From: Octopus vulgaris
Lineage: Eukaryota
Length of the DNA stretch: 64,000 bases
Assembly (NCBI GenBank): GCA_951406725.2
Contig: OX597824.1
Location: 84,816,001-84,880,000 of the forward strand
Reading direction: 5' to 3'
The notes below the pieces were generated by a model. It searched no databases. It worked only from the letters and a program-made list of their open reading frames with translations, and was not told where the DNA came from. This document shows positions 1 through 13,741 of this stretch, in pieces. Each line of letters opens with the position of its first letter. Position 1 is the first letter of the stretch. A program made the position numbers and the translations under genes.

Positions 1-28
1 TACACTTGCACACAACCTGCTTCATTCC

Positions 29-398
29 GGAGGAGGTGGAGGAGGAGGAGGAGGAGGAGGAGAGGAGAGGATGAAGAGAGGAGAGGAGAGGATGAAGAGA
101 GGAGAGGAGAGGATGAAGAGAGGAGAGGAGAGGATGAAGAGAGGAGAGGAGAGGATGAAGAGAGGAGGAGAGAAGAGAGGATGAAGAGAGGAGGAGAGAA
201 GAGAGGATGAAGAGAGGAGGAGAGAAGAGAGGATGAAGAGAGGAGGAGAGAGAGGATGAAGAGAGGAGGAGAGAAGAGGATGAAGAGAGGAGAGGAGAGG
301 ATGAAGAGAAGAGGAGAGGAGAGGATGAGGAGAGGAGAGGATGAAGAGAAGAGGAGAGGATGAAGGGAAGAGGAGGAAGAGGGGGAGGAGGAGGAGGA
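29..398. repeat. Polypurine minisatellite (GAGGAGAGGATGAAGA-like); second array at about 1630-1850
   Basis: visible tandem units. Confidence 0.9.
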
Positions 399-799
399 AA
401 TGGTTTTGTCGATGGCGGTTCAATCTCAGGTCTATTTTGATTCGGCAAACCTGTGATCAAACGCATTGCAGATTTATTTTAAAGCCTTTGTATATAAATT
501 CAATACATCCTTCTTGTTTTCTATAACAATAGTATGTGGTATGAGGGAGATTCTGGGTGCTATTTCTAGCAGATCAAAAGTTCCATTTGTGGACCATTCG
601 CTCTTTTAAATTTCCAGCATAATGTCATCCAGAACTATATAATAAAATTTCTTCTTGTTTTAAGGCAATAGACGTACGATTTGAGAAGCATCTTACGAAG
701 AGATGTTTTTATCCTCTCTGTCTGTCTTTCTCTTTCTTTTCCCTTTCTTTTTTCTTTCTTTTCTCTCTCTTTTTTCTTTCTTTCTTTTCTCTCACTTTC

Positions 800-1235
<436 letters not shown>

Positions 1236-2274
1236 CGCCGAAGGAGTAAATTAGTGCGTGCTTGCGCCCATAAATATCTATTTTGGACATTGGTGACATT
1301 GTCATATTTGCGAAGAGGCGACACACACAACGGTAAATATTTATAAATATTTGACTAATATAGCTACCGTTTGCTTGTTATTGGCTGCGTGACAGTGAAC
1401 CGTGAGTCACCCAGAAATAACTTCACACAACTTCCTTAAAATACACGCATCTCATGGAAGGAAGGTCCAATGAACTGCTCACCCACTTCACAAACAGAGA
1501 CTGAAATTTAACATTAAAATTACGCTCTAGATCAGTGGTTCTCAACTGGGGTCGGTCCATTATTGGCCTTTAGTGGTCCATATAAGATTTTGGTGTTACA
1601 ATTTATATGCAAAATTCCAAATGCAACCCAGAGGAGAGGATGAAGAGAAGAGGAGAGGATGAAGAGAAGAGGAGAAGATGAAGAGAAGAGAAGAGGATGA
1701 AGAGAAGAGGAGAGGAGAGGATGAAGAGAGGAGAGAAGAGGATGAAGAGAGGAGAGGAAGAGAGGAGGAGAGAAGAGGATGAAGAGAGGAGAGGGGAGGA
1801 TGAAGAGAAGAGGAGAGGATGAAGAGAGGAGAGGAGAGGATGAAGAGATGGAAACCCATGGATTTCTTCGGGCCAGACTTAAGTTGAGGAAGGAGATGTA
1901 GAAACAATGAAGGTTGTAATGGAGCAGTAGTTGTATAGAGGTGTTAGTGTGATACACACAAACGCTGATAGTTTGTCATGAGAAACGGTGCTTTTCGTTT
2001 TCTCCTTCAGTGTTTCTTTAATCCCTTTCGTTTCCTCTCTCCTTCTTTCTTTCTTTCTCTTTCTCTCGATTTACACACACACACGTACGTACGAATGTAT
2101 GTATATGTATATATATATATATATATGCTTGAATGTATGTATGTATGTGTTTGTATGAATGTGTATGTATGTATGCATATATGTATGTATGTATGTATGT
2201 ATGGATGGATGTATGTATGTATGTATGTATGTATGTAAGTATGTATGTATGTATGTGTAAGTGTGAGAGTAAGT

Positions 2275-2647
2275 GACTAACACCACCACCACTAACATCA
2301 CCACCCTCACACCACTAACACCACCACCACACCACTAACACCACTACAACGCCACTAGCACCACTACCACACCACTAACACCACCACCACACCACTAACA
2401 CCACTACCAGGCCACTAACACCACTACAACGCCACCACACCACTAACACCACTAACACCACCACCACACCACTAACACCACCACCACACCACTAACACCA
2501 CCACCACTAATACCACCACCACTAACGCCACCACCACCACTACAGATACAAAGTGCTGAAAATACACCAGCACTAACACAGAGTAGCTAGACCAGCACCA
2601 GCACCACCACTACCACCACCGCAACAACAACAACAACAACAACCACC
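2275..2647. repeat. (ACC/ACT/AAC)n degenerate trinucleotide array
   Basis: direct reading. Confidence 0.9.
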
Positions 2648-3408
2648 GTCCCATTACTAGGCTTTCACTAAGTCTATAATTACACTTAGCTTCTACTATA
2701 ACATCTGTCACCTTGTTTATCGCTCCTTGTCTTTGAATTAAGTTATGACAGCTTACCTCTTACCCTCAACCATCCCTTTGATTCTCCTCCCTAATTCCTT
2801 ATGTCCCCTCTCTCGTATAAACACGCCCATATACGGATAAGGACACTCATGCACACATACGAATACAATCTACACACACACACACAAACATACACACACA
2901 CACACAACTACACAAACACGAGAATAACACAGATGACAATCAAGGTCAAGTGATATTGTCTTTTATGAGTCGAGGACTGTTACCATCAAACGTGGCCCAC
3001 TAACCACGCGGCATTTTTCTATTCTTTTTTTTTCTTTTCTTTTTATACAAGTTTACACATTTTACAAGACCAGGTTACTTGATGATAACTTCTTCAACAC
3101 GTGTCGATTGCGGGGCGAAGAGAAGTGAACCAAGTTCGACCACGGAGTGAAACCTATTTCTTTATTACCCACAAGGGGCTAAACACAGAGGGGACAAACA
3201 AGGACAGACATAGGTATTAAGTCGATTACATCGACCCCAGTGCGTAACTGGTACTTAATTTGTCAACCCCGAAAGGATGAAAGGCAAAGTAGACCTCGAC
3301 GGAATTTGAACTCACAACGTAACGGCAGACGAAATACCGCTAGGCATTTGGGTGAAACTGAACATGCATTCATGGTTTATGAACAGCTGACTTCTTCCTT
3401 GTATGATA

Positions 3409-3673
3409 AAAAAAATAATAATAAATGCGCCCTTTTAAAGCCTAGCCAGGCTCATGGGCCCGGTTTCCCAGTTTCTATGGCGTATGTTGTTCCCCAGCTG
3501 GACGGGACGCCAGTCCATCGCAGCGTTACTCATTTTTGCCAGCTGAGTGGACTGGAGCAACGTGAAATGAAGTGTTTTGCTCAAGAACACAACGCGTCGC
3601 CCGTTCCAGGAATCGAAACCACAATCTTACGATCATGGTGCTGCCACCCTAACCACTACGCCACGCGCCTCCA
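3409..3673 (-). mobile_element. tRNA-derived SINE, family C; other copies at 18048-18306 (+) and 54651-54899 (-)
   Basis: head gcgcgtggcgtagtggttagg...ggtttcgattcc; 15-bp TSD cttccttgtatgata. Confidence 0.9.
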
Positions 3674-4173
3674 CTTCCTTGTATGATATATTTCTTTACT
3701 GCCCACAAGGGGCTAAACATAGAGGGGACAAACAATGACAGACAAACGGATTAAGTTGATTACATCAACCCCAGTGCGTAACTGGTACTTAATTTATCGA
3801 CCCCGAAAGGATGAAAGGCAAAGTCGAGCTCGGCGGAATTTGAACTCAGAATGTAACGACAGACGAAATACCGCTAAGCATTTCGCCCAGCGCGCTAACG
3901 CTTCTACCAGCTCCTTGTATGATAGAGATTAATAAAGGGGCGCGCACCCTCATCTCTTATCGGAAAACAAATATGATTATTATTTAATTGGCTAGTAATA
4001 ATTTTTTTTAATGTAAAAATGATATTAAAAATTATGAGAATCGGTTTGAGACAGAAATAAACAGCAGGACATCGTTGCATACTCCCTAAAGGCCCACTTA
4101 CTCCTTCGCGATTAAGAGCAATGTACAACAACAGCTCGGGACTCAAAGGGCCACAGTTATTCAATATTCTTCT

Positions 4174-4366
4174 GCGTAGGAGTGGCTGTGTGGCAAGTAA
4201 CTTGGTTACCAACCACATGGTTCTGGGTTCAGTCCCACTTCGTGACACCTTGGGCAAGTGTCTTCTACTATAGCCTCGGGCCGACCAAAGCCTTGTGAGT
4301 GGATTTGGTCGAGGAAACTGAAAGAAGCCCGTCGTATATATGCATATATATATATATGTATGTATG

Positions 4367-4441
<75 letters not shown>

Positions 4442-4655
4442 ATGTTTGTGTGCCTGTGTTTGTCCCCCCACCCAACATCGCTTGACAACCGATGCTGGTG
4501 TGTTTACGTCGCTGTAACTCAGCGGTTCGGCAAAACTGACCGATAGAATAAGTACTAGGCTTACAAAGACTAAGTCCTGGGGTCGATTTGCTCGACTAAA
4601 TGCGGTGCTCCAGCATGGCCACAGTCACATGACTGAAACAAGTAAAAGAGTAAAA
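4174..4655 (+). mobile_element. tRNA-derived SINE, family A (internal microsatellite, CORE-like accttgggcaagt, (GTAAAAGA)n tail)
   Basis: A/B-box-like head (gggttcagtccc); many similar copies in the window. Confidence 0.9.
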
Positions 4656-5044
4656 CATAAGACGTATGTGTGGAGTGAATGTGAACATCTTCAAGAAAGA
4701 AATTAGACATTCTACAGTGCACAATCTCTGGTAAACCTACATCTAGACAAGGGACACAAATAACTGCGGTGGCATCGAACTCGCTTATTCATCAAATGCA
4801 GAGCACAAGACATAAATCGATATCACAGCGGTATCACCGGCATGGCCTCAGCCATATAGCTAAAACCTGTAAGAGAGAAAGGTCTGCTTGCGAGTTTCGG
4901 GTCTATCTGTTACCTACGATGAAACCACATTGGCTACCAAACCTGCCATACACAGACAACTTCAGCTTCATATATATAGAGATATAGTAATGTCCCTAGA
5001 CTCAAACAGAGGTGTTTAGAATGACCCGGCTTTTAAAAACAAAT

Positions 5045-5840
5045 ACTAAAATACGTATTGCGGCATAGAATGTTGAAATCTGGCGACTGACTTTAAACTG
5101 GAACAATTCAAATTTGATATTATATTTACCTCGGCGATAGATTGATCAAATCGTTATACGGAAGACAATGCATTCTTGATGTCTGAAAGGGGGGGTAATA
5201 CGAGATGTGATGGAGTCGGCTTGATTCTGAATATAAATAGCATTGCATCAATGGTAACCTTTAGCTAATTTCAGAATGCTTTTAATAAAACTTAAAGCTA
5301 AGTAATGCAACATCAATATTATTGTTATGGACCTATAAATAATGCAACCGGAGGAAAAGAAAAAGTTTCTTCCATCCATCGTTGCACGCAGGAATTGATT
5401 GTGTAGCAGCAAGAGATATGATGTATTTGATTCCTGATCTAAATACAAAAGCTGGCAGTAGCAACGAAAGTGTAAAACAAACAGTGAGTATATATGGGCT
5501 TGAAGATGGTAATGAAAATTGTTTAAAATTGATTAACCTCTGTGTAATTAACAATCACATTATAGGAGGTATTGTCTTTAAATGCAGGGATATTCATAAA
5601 TATGATTAATCATGGGTAGGCAAAAACAGAAATAGTAATCCAATAGCTTGCATTTTGATAAATCGGCAAAGTATAAAACAAACCACTGCAAGATGTTAGA
5701 ACAGATTAAGTTGCGGGTATCGAAAATGGTCATCAGCTAAAAGTAGGCACAATTCAGTTATGTTGAAGGCTGATGAAAATAGGAAGGAAGGGATTACTAC
5801 TCGTAGGTTTGATAGCGAAAAGCTGAAAGATGGTAAAATT
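5045..5840 (+). pseudogene. Highly decayed RTE-clade LINE endonuclease (APE) domain
   Basis: DLNTKAG, YGLEDGNEN and IIGGIVFKCRDIHK resemble GDLNAKVG, HGLG..NEN and IGGT.F.HK.IHK. Confidence 0.65.
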
Positions 5841-5922
5841 TAAATGAATTTGTATTTGATATTGAAATCATGGTGCTACTTTGGTGTGTGATCTACAAGG
5901 GAGGTTATTTTAGGTTACTTTT

Positions 5923-6382
5923 AAGTCGACCTCGGCGGAATTTGAACTCAGAACGTAGCGGCAGACGAAATACCTATTTCTTTACTACCATCAAGGGGCT
6001 AAACACAGAGGGGACAAACAAGGACAGACAAATGGATTAAGTCTATACCCCATTGCGTAACTGGTACTTATTTAAACGACCCCGAAAGGATGAAAGGCAA
6101 AGTCGACCTCGGCGGAATTTGAACTCAGAACGTAGCGGCAGACGAAATACATATTTCTTTACTACCCACAAGGGGCTAAACACAGAGGAACAAACAAGGA
6201 CAGACAAACGGGTTGTCTATTACATCGACACCAGTGCGTAACTGGTACTTATCTAATCGACCCCGAAAATATGAAAGGCAAACTCGACCTCGGCGGAATT
6301 TGAACTCAGAACGTAACGGCAGACGAAATACCTCTAAGCATTTCGCCCGGCGTGCTAACGATTCTGCTAGCTCGCCGCCTTA
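5923..6382 (-). mobile_element. SINE family B head-to-tail concatemer (~180-bp units)
   Basis: one full copy, one headless unit and a partial third. Confidence 0.88.
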
Positions 6383-7016
6383 ATGCAACGTATTTTATCC
6401 TATTGACTCCGAAAGGATAAGTTAACTTCGCGGGGATTTGAACTCAGGACGTAAAGAGCCGAAATATGAGTTACAAGTTATTTTTCGACGCTTTAATAAT
6501 TCTGCCAAGTCGAATAGACATAACTGGTTATCTTTCAGAGAAATTTTAAGCCTGGGAGTGGAGTGTTCCAAAGAGGTACGAAAACGTTTGTTTAGGGGTG
6601 CGTTTATGTGTTCTCGCGCAGCTATTGCAATGTAATGGATGAGTATGTATTATGAAGGTCTGTCTGTGTGTTTGGATTGTGTGTGTGCGCGTGTATACGT
6701 ATATATGTATATCTGTGTGATGTCTGCATCATACACACACATGCTCACACATACACATATATTTGTGTTTGTATATATGTTTGCTTGTGTGTGTGTGTGT
6801 GTGTGTGTGTGCATATGTTCATTTGCTTATCCGTGTACGCACTGGTGAAAGAGAGAGAGAGTGTGTGTGTTTGTGTGTGTGTGTGTGTGTATGTGTGTGT
6901 GTGTGTGTGTTCGTGCGTGTGTGTGTGTGCAGACATACATTAATTATTTGTATGTGTATACGCATAAACTCGTGTGCACGCGTATACATTCACACATGTG
7001 TGTGTGTGTGTGTGTG

Positions 7017-7092
<76 letters not shown>

Positions 7093-8029
7093 GGGTGTGT
7101 ATATAATCAACCAAAACAACCAAAATTACTATTTGCTTAGATAATCAACCCGGAATTAACTGAAATGAGAGACTATCAGAAATTACAAATGAAAGATTTC
7201 GCATGATAACTTCTCAGCCCAGATAAAGTACTGTCGACATACACAGACAGGCAGCGAGGTTGGGAAGTGGAGGTTCGACAAGTTCGGGCAAAAACCTCAC
7301 CATAGCTCCGTATATATACATAATTATTATCAAACACTTATCTTAATTTTGTTGTTTTTCGCAAATTAGACACCTAATCTCGATCCATTTTCAAACTTGA
7401 GAGCCTTCAGTTAAAATTCTTTTGTATTAGGAAGGAATGGCGTTTTTGTGAACATTCCACGCTATATGGTATCAGATTCTGGTAAAAGGTCAGCAATTTC
7501 GGGGGAGTCGTATGTCGATTACATCGGCTCCAGTGCTCAGCTGGTACTTATTTTATCGGCCCCGAAAGATAAAAAGGCAAAGTCGGCCTCGGCAGAAGTT
7601 GAACTCAGAACATAAAGATGGACGCAATTCGTTAAGCATTTTGTCCGACGCGCTAACGGTTCAACCAGCTCGCCGCCTTAATCCGCACTTTATGGGATAA
7701 GGGATTACTACAGACACTTTGAGTCCTTTTGAACGAGACGCTGGTTCATTTCAGGGTTTAAGTCCAGAAATTTTTGAGAGAAGCGGGAACCCTTGATTAC
7801 ATCAACCCCAGCACTTGAGTGGTACATTATTTTATAGAATGGAAAACAACGGTAAACGCAAAGTTGACTTCGGCAGAATTTGAACTCTGAACGTAATGAG
7901 CCAGAAGTAATCCCGCTAAGAGTTTTGTCCGACGTGCTAACGATTCTACCAGCTCGTCGTCATCATTGTGTTGTTGGTACTTATTTATTGGCTCTGAAAT
8001 GAAGGATATTCGATTTTTAAAAAATAAAA

Positions 8030-8457
8030 GGATCTTTTCGGTTTGAACGGCAGTTTTTTCTAGCGGTGTCATATGAAATTGTCACCCATAATTATGACCC
8101 TAGTATCGATCTATTGCATTTCAATCTATTTTAGGGTTAGGGTTAGTTAGGGTTAGGGGCGGGGGAGGGGTATCTTTTTTTCTTCACAAATATAAATAAA
8201 CCCAATCTGTTTCTTAAACGAGGGACATATTCATACGGTACAGAATGTTTTTTTTACCTCAATGGACGTCAGTGATTGGTTGAAATTGCAGAAATTGAAG
8301 AAAAAAACAAAAAATATCTTACAAACTATAGAATTTTCTCAATAAAGCCAAGAGAAAAAGATTCTTTTATAAACACATTCTACCAGTATACGAAGTTTAA
8401 AAGTGTTTAGTTACGTGGAAATTATGTTAAAAACTGCCGTTCAAACCGAAAAGATCC
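8030..8457. mobile_element. MITE with GGATCTTTTCGGTTTGAACGGCAGTTTT TIRs, 8-bp TSD and internal TTAGGG repeats (Merlin-like)
   Basis: TSD aaataaaa at 8022-8029 and 8458-8465; GG termini; superfamily assignment is inference. Confidence 0.85.
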
Positions 8458-8681
8458 AAATAAAATCGACTTTCATGGGATTAGAACTCTGAGCAAGAAG
8501 TGTTGAGACTAAATTTATTGGGGGCTTACCATTTGTGCTAATTTACGAAACGCTCAATACAGTGACTCTTATACGTACTTAGATGTACTATGATGTGTAA
8601 TTAGATGTGTCAGCAAAAACATCTAAAATTACACTTAGAAAATATACAAAATTACTTTCAAACATAAATTTTAAATATAAG

Positions 8682-9115
8682 GGATCTTTTCGATTTGAAA
8701 GGCAGTTTTTAACATAATTTCTAGGTAACTAAAAAATTTTAAACTTCGCATACTAGTAGAATGTGTTTATAAAACATCTTTTTCTCTTGGCTTTATTGAG
8801 AAAATTATATAGTTTGTAAGATATTTGTTGTTGTTTTTTCTTCAATTTCTGCAATTTCAACCAATCAATGACCGTCTATTGAGGTGAAAACATTCAGTGC
8901 CGTATGAATATGTCCCTCGTTTAAGAAACAGATTGGGTTTATTTGCATTTCTGAAGAAAAAATATACCCTTCCCCCACCCCTAACCCTAACCCTAACTCT
9001 AACCCTAACCATAAAATAGATTGAAATGCAATAGATCGATACTAAGGTCATAATTATGGGTGACAATTTCATATGACAACTCTAGAAAAAACTGCCGTTC
9101 AAACCGAAAAGATCC
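8682..9115. mobile_element. Second copy of the same MITE, opposite orientation
   Basis: TSD aatataag at 8674-8681 and 9116-9123; CCCTAA tract near 8978-9010. Confidence 0.85.
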
Positions 9116-9726
9116 AATATAAGTCTTAATATACAATACAAACCTGAACAGGTTGCCTAAATATCCTAATTTACTTTATTATACGCAGTGAATAAAAAGT
9201 GCTTAGAAACTTCCACTTATGTAAATGACTTTTGAGACACGTAGAGACAATGAGATGTCACAACATTCTCATAGCATATATTATAATGCGTAATATATTC
9301 GGTATTTTTAAACTTGTTCCGGGATATTATGAACACTTGCGTCTTGAATTTAGGTCAAATGCATTACGACACGAAGTATTTCATTCGGGTTTTTCCCCAG
9401 ATACGACCTATATTAATCACATGAGATTCTTCACGTAAAAGTTGAATCCAGAGTCGCCAATAATCTGCGGCAAGTCATTCACCATCAAAGTTCCTTGGGA
9501 AAATTTTCGTCTCTGAAAATAGAAAATGCGCATCGGGAAAAGCTATAAATATCTTTTGCATAACTAGGCGCAGACATGGTTAAGAAGCTTGCTTTACTGA
9601 CCACGTGGTTTCGGGTTCAATCCCAGTGCACGACACCTTGGGCAAGTGTCTTCTACTATATAGCCCCGGGACTAACCAATGCCTTGTGAGTGAATATGGT
9701 AGAAGGAAACTGTGTGGAGGCCCATC

Positions 9727-9768
<42 letters not shown>

Positions 9769-10022
9769 TCATACATACATTTAAAAGATTTTGGTACTCC
9801 CATACATATGTAGTTCAAAATATAGACAATAAACCATAAAATAAATTTATATTTTTCAAAATGAAACAAAACTAACAGTAAGATGGAAAATAATGTTTAT
9901 TTCTGAATACTTCCACTCTATATTTGAAAAGTTTTCTTCTGCTTTTTTTCCATTGCAAAGTCTTGGATCAGATTCTCCCTTATGTCACCATGAACACTTC
10001 GAAATTATATTTCCGATCATAT

Positions 10023-10438
10023 AGGCGCAGGAGTAGCTGTGTGGTAAGTAGCTTGCTAACCAACCACATTGTTCCGGGTTCAGTCCCACTGCGTGGCATC
10101 TTGGGCAAGTGTCTTCTGCTATAGCCCCGGGCCGACCAATGCCTTGTGAGTGGATTTGGTAGACGGAAACTGAAAGAAGCCTGTCGTATATATGTATATA
10201 TATGTGTGTGTGTATGTGTGTGTGTTTGTGTGTCTGTGTTTGTCCCCCTAGCATTGCTTGACAACCGATGCTGGTGTGTTTACGTCCCCGTCACTTAGCG
10301 GTTCGGCAAAAGAGACCGATAGAATAAGTACCGGGCTTACAAAAGAATAAGTCTCGGGGTCGATTTGCTCGACTAAAGGCGGTGCTCCAGCATGGCCGCA
10401 GTCAAATGACTGAAACAAGTAAAAGAGTAAAGAGAGAG
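10023..10438 (+). mobile_element. SINE family A, full length
   Basis: colinear with 4174..4655. Confidence 0.9.
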
Positions 10439-10957
10439 TATACAAACCACTTTCGAATATTATTTTAGCAAGTTTAAAGTGATTTCTTTTGTGCCGTAAA
10501 CCCTTTACCATTTCTTGTGCTCCCTACCACCACCTCCCTTGATGCCCTAGGCATGTGCTTACTTTGCTTAATGATTAATCCAGCGCTGTTAGTCAGGATA
10601 AACAAGCAGACTTCCGCAGACCATGGAGTTAAAAATGACCAAATATTTTGCTTAGGCACATTGTACAACGTTAACGTCGGATTCCGTTGGCTTTTAGTAA
10701 TAGTTTTTGCAGGCTTTGAAAGGCCTTTGATATTCTATGTAGGGTTCACTCGTAATTTGTAGGAAAAGCATGTTAATCTAATAGGAGCAACACATCGAGG
10801 AAGTACCATATTTGATGGCATAAAAGACGCACGGGCATGTCTGACGCACCCACAATTTCAGCAACGCATATTTCTGAAATAAAGTTTCTACAGCATTAAA
10901 ACGTGTAATATAAGCCCAACTTTAAATTCAGGATCCGGGCTGAGTTTTTTAAGATAT

Positions 10958-11023
10958 TTTATTATTATTATTATTATTATCATTATTATTATTGTTGTTG
11001 TTGTTGTTACTATTATTATTAAT

Positions 11024-11066
<43 letters not shown>

Positions 11067-11155
11067 CTATTATTATTGTTGTTGTTGTTGTTGTTGTTGT
11101 TGTTATTATTATTACTATTATTATTAATATCATTATTATTGTTATTATTATTATT

Positions 11156-11187
<32 letters not shown>

Positions 11188-11201
11188 TGTTATTATTATT
11201 A

Positions 11202-11232
<31 letters not shown>

Positions 11233-11258
11233 CATCATCATCATCATCATCATCGTTG

Positions 11259-11341
<83 letters not shown>

Positions 11342-11342
11342 G

Positions 11343-11394
<52 letters not shown>

Positions 11395-11395
11395 A
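10958..11395. repeat. Compound trinucleotide microsatellite (ATT/ATC/GTT)n
   Basis: direct reading. Confidence 0.95.
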
Positions 11396-11479
11396 TTTTT
11401 TTTATTGTGTGGCTTGTATACCAACAAAGCGGTAAATGCTGAGTAACTGTAGGTGGTCAGCTCTCAGATAAAATTCAAG

Positions 11480-11952
11480 TTTAGCGCCTTGCTCAGCTTC
11501 AAATTCATTTTGTGCCTCTCTTGTTTGCGTTTTCTAATAAACTACGTTGTTAAGGAAACACTCGGAGATTGAGGTAAAGAAATGAATAAGTCTTATGGAA
11601 AATATTTAAAAGAACTGGATTATGCAAATGATATTGTTTTCCTTATAGATTCAAAATTTCAGAAAACCATGGTGTGTTGGTGTCTCCTCATGTCCATAAA
11701 AGAAATATTGTTCATTAGAAACTTTTGCAATGCATGTGAATATATATTCTCTTATCTGAATTTCCATATTTTCCTCTCACTTCAAAGCAAATGTCGCTTT
11801 TTCACTTTATCCTCTCTTTCGATATCTGCTCTCTTCAAAGCATAAAGAAATTAAAAGAATTTTACGGAAATTAACGAGCAATCATATGATCCCGTATATG
11901 TCGAGTTGATAACTTTGCTTCTTCAAACGAAAGAATGCCGTAAAATAACTTG

Positions 11953-12020
<68 letters not shown>

Positions 12021-12830
12021 TAAAAAAAGACAAAAGGTTGTGCTTGAAGATAAACGATTAAACTGAAATTGTAAGGACCAAATAAGCAGATAAACGAAAT
12101 GCGTCAATGGATGAGCACATGGTAGAGGAGTTGAATAAGTTTAAATATCTTTGAACTTTTATCGTAATTAATGGGTTTTTAAAGAGTGAATTTTATTAAT
12201 TTGGGAAGGCAGATCAAGCAAGGGAAATGCTATGATATGTGTAGAAATCATATTACATAGACTAGGGATTCATACGAAAATTAAGCTATGTAAGTCATTA
12301 GCAAGAAGTATTTTAGTACAGAGAAAAGAGTCAATATGTCATAGTAGAAAAGGCGGCGAGCTGGCAGAATCGTTAGCACGCCGGGCGAAATGCGTAGCCG
12401 TATTTCGTCTGCCGTTACGTTCTGAGTTTAAATTCCGCCGAGATCGACTTTGCCTTTCATCCTTTCGGGTTCGATTAAATAAGTACCAGTTACGCACTGG
12501 ATTCGACATAATCGACTTAATCCATTTGTCTGTCCTTGTTTGTCCTCTCTATGTTTAGCCCCCTGTGGGCAATAAAGAAATATATATATATATATATATC
12601 CTTGGCGATCTTCTTCAGTTGTTTGAGCTTCTGAAGAAGGCATACAAAATACCATACCATATAAATTCTTGATTTCTTGAAATTATATTCACTTCGAGAG
12701 AATGTAAACAAATGCCGAGTGGCAATATCGACCGAATCCGAGTGAAAAGAAAAGATAATCTCACGAATCAAGAATTCTCAGGAATTGACGTGTCATCAAG
12801 GAAAAGACATTCTGTTCTGTTGGGTTTTTT
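11480..12830 (+). pseudogene. Highly decayed LINE reverse-transcriptase region, interrupted by (CA)n and a SINE
   Basis: LDYANDIVFL (YADD-like), EELNKFKYL and TKIKLCKSLARSIL motifs. Confidence 0.6.
12349..12582 (+). mobile_element. SINE family B; other copies at 3154-3351, 3689-3911, 7470-7680, 7760-7960, 13155-13515, 54950-55140, 58150-58310 and 63554-63675
   Basis: colinear with 37390..37627. Confidence 0.9.
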
Positions 12831-13741
12831 TCTGGGGACAAGAGGAATTGTAGACACGTTTAACTGCCTTCCTAAATAGGTAAATATGTTAATCTTAACA
12901 TTTTATACTCTCATGAAAGATAAATAACTCTCTAAACATTTGCTCAGTTATCTCAAGTAAACATTGTTACACGCGCGCACACGCACCTCGTTGATTAATG
13001 ATCGGCGTGACATTGAGTGAAAGGCAGAAATCATTCTTCCTTTATGATACGATATTTAATATATTTTGAAGATCGTGGTTTTAATATCGTCACGACTTGT
13101 GGTTTAGCAACTTCAAATATTAGCACACACACACACACACACACACTCACACTCTTTACGTCCTGAGTTAAAATTTCACCGAGGTCGACTTTGCCCTTCA
13201 TCCTTCCGGGGTCGATAAATTAAGTACCAGTTTAGCCCTGGGATCGATGTAATCGACTTATCCACTTTCCCGTAATTGGTATCTTTGTGCCAGGATTTGA
13301 AACCAATTGTTGATTGTAAGGCTGCGAGATAGCAGAATCCTTAGCACACCAAACAAAATACACAACGACCTTTCTTCCGAGTCTTTACGTCCTACGTTCA
13401 AATTCAACCGAGGTCAGCTCTGCTTTTCATCCCTTTGGGGCCAATAAAATGAAGCACCAGCCAAGTACTGGGATCGATGCAATCGATTTGTTCCGTCCCC
13501 TCAAAATTGCTCACCTTCAACGGTTCAACAGACTTGTCTTCCGTTCAGGGGAAATGCTGTGATCTCGATCAATTATATACCACAGAAACCGGTTAACGGC
13601 CCTTATGAGTAACTAGGGCTCAACAAAAAAATAGCTGGCTGTTAAATTCCAGATGTATCGAATAAGTTTGCGTGGGAGTGCGAGTCCCGAGAGTCAGAGT
13701 GGCTGTTCCAGCACATCTCCTTCGCCATCCTCTTCCGAGAT

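Noticed and set aside
3240-4546. Recurring ORFs such as MRNWYL...RKDERQSRPRRNLNS and RLWSARGYSRRHLPK
   Set aside because: Chance frames inside SINE copies, not genes.
8128-8160. TTAGGG repeats as a chromosome end or fusion scar
   Set aside because: Only a few units, internal to a TIR element present twice.
12349-12445. tRNA-like sequences with A/B boxes (also 18048-18125 and 32825-32900)
   Set aside because: Heads of SINEs, followed by SINE bodies, tails and TSDs; no proper cloverleaf.
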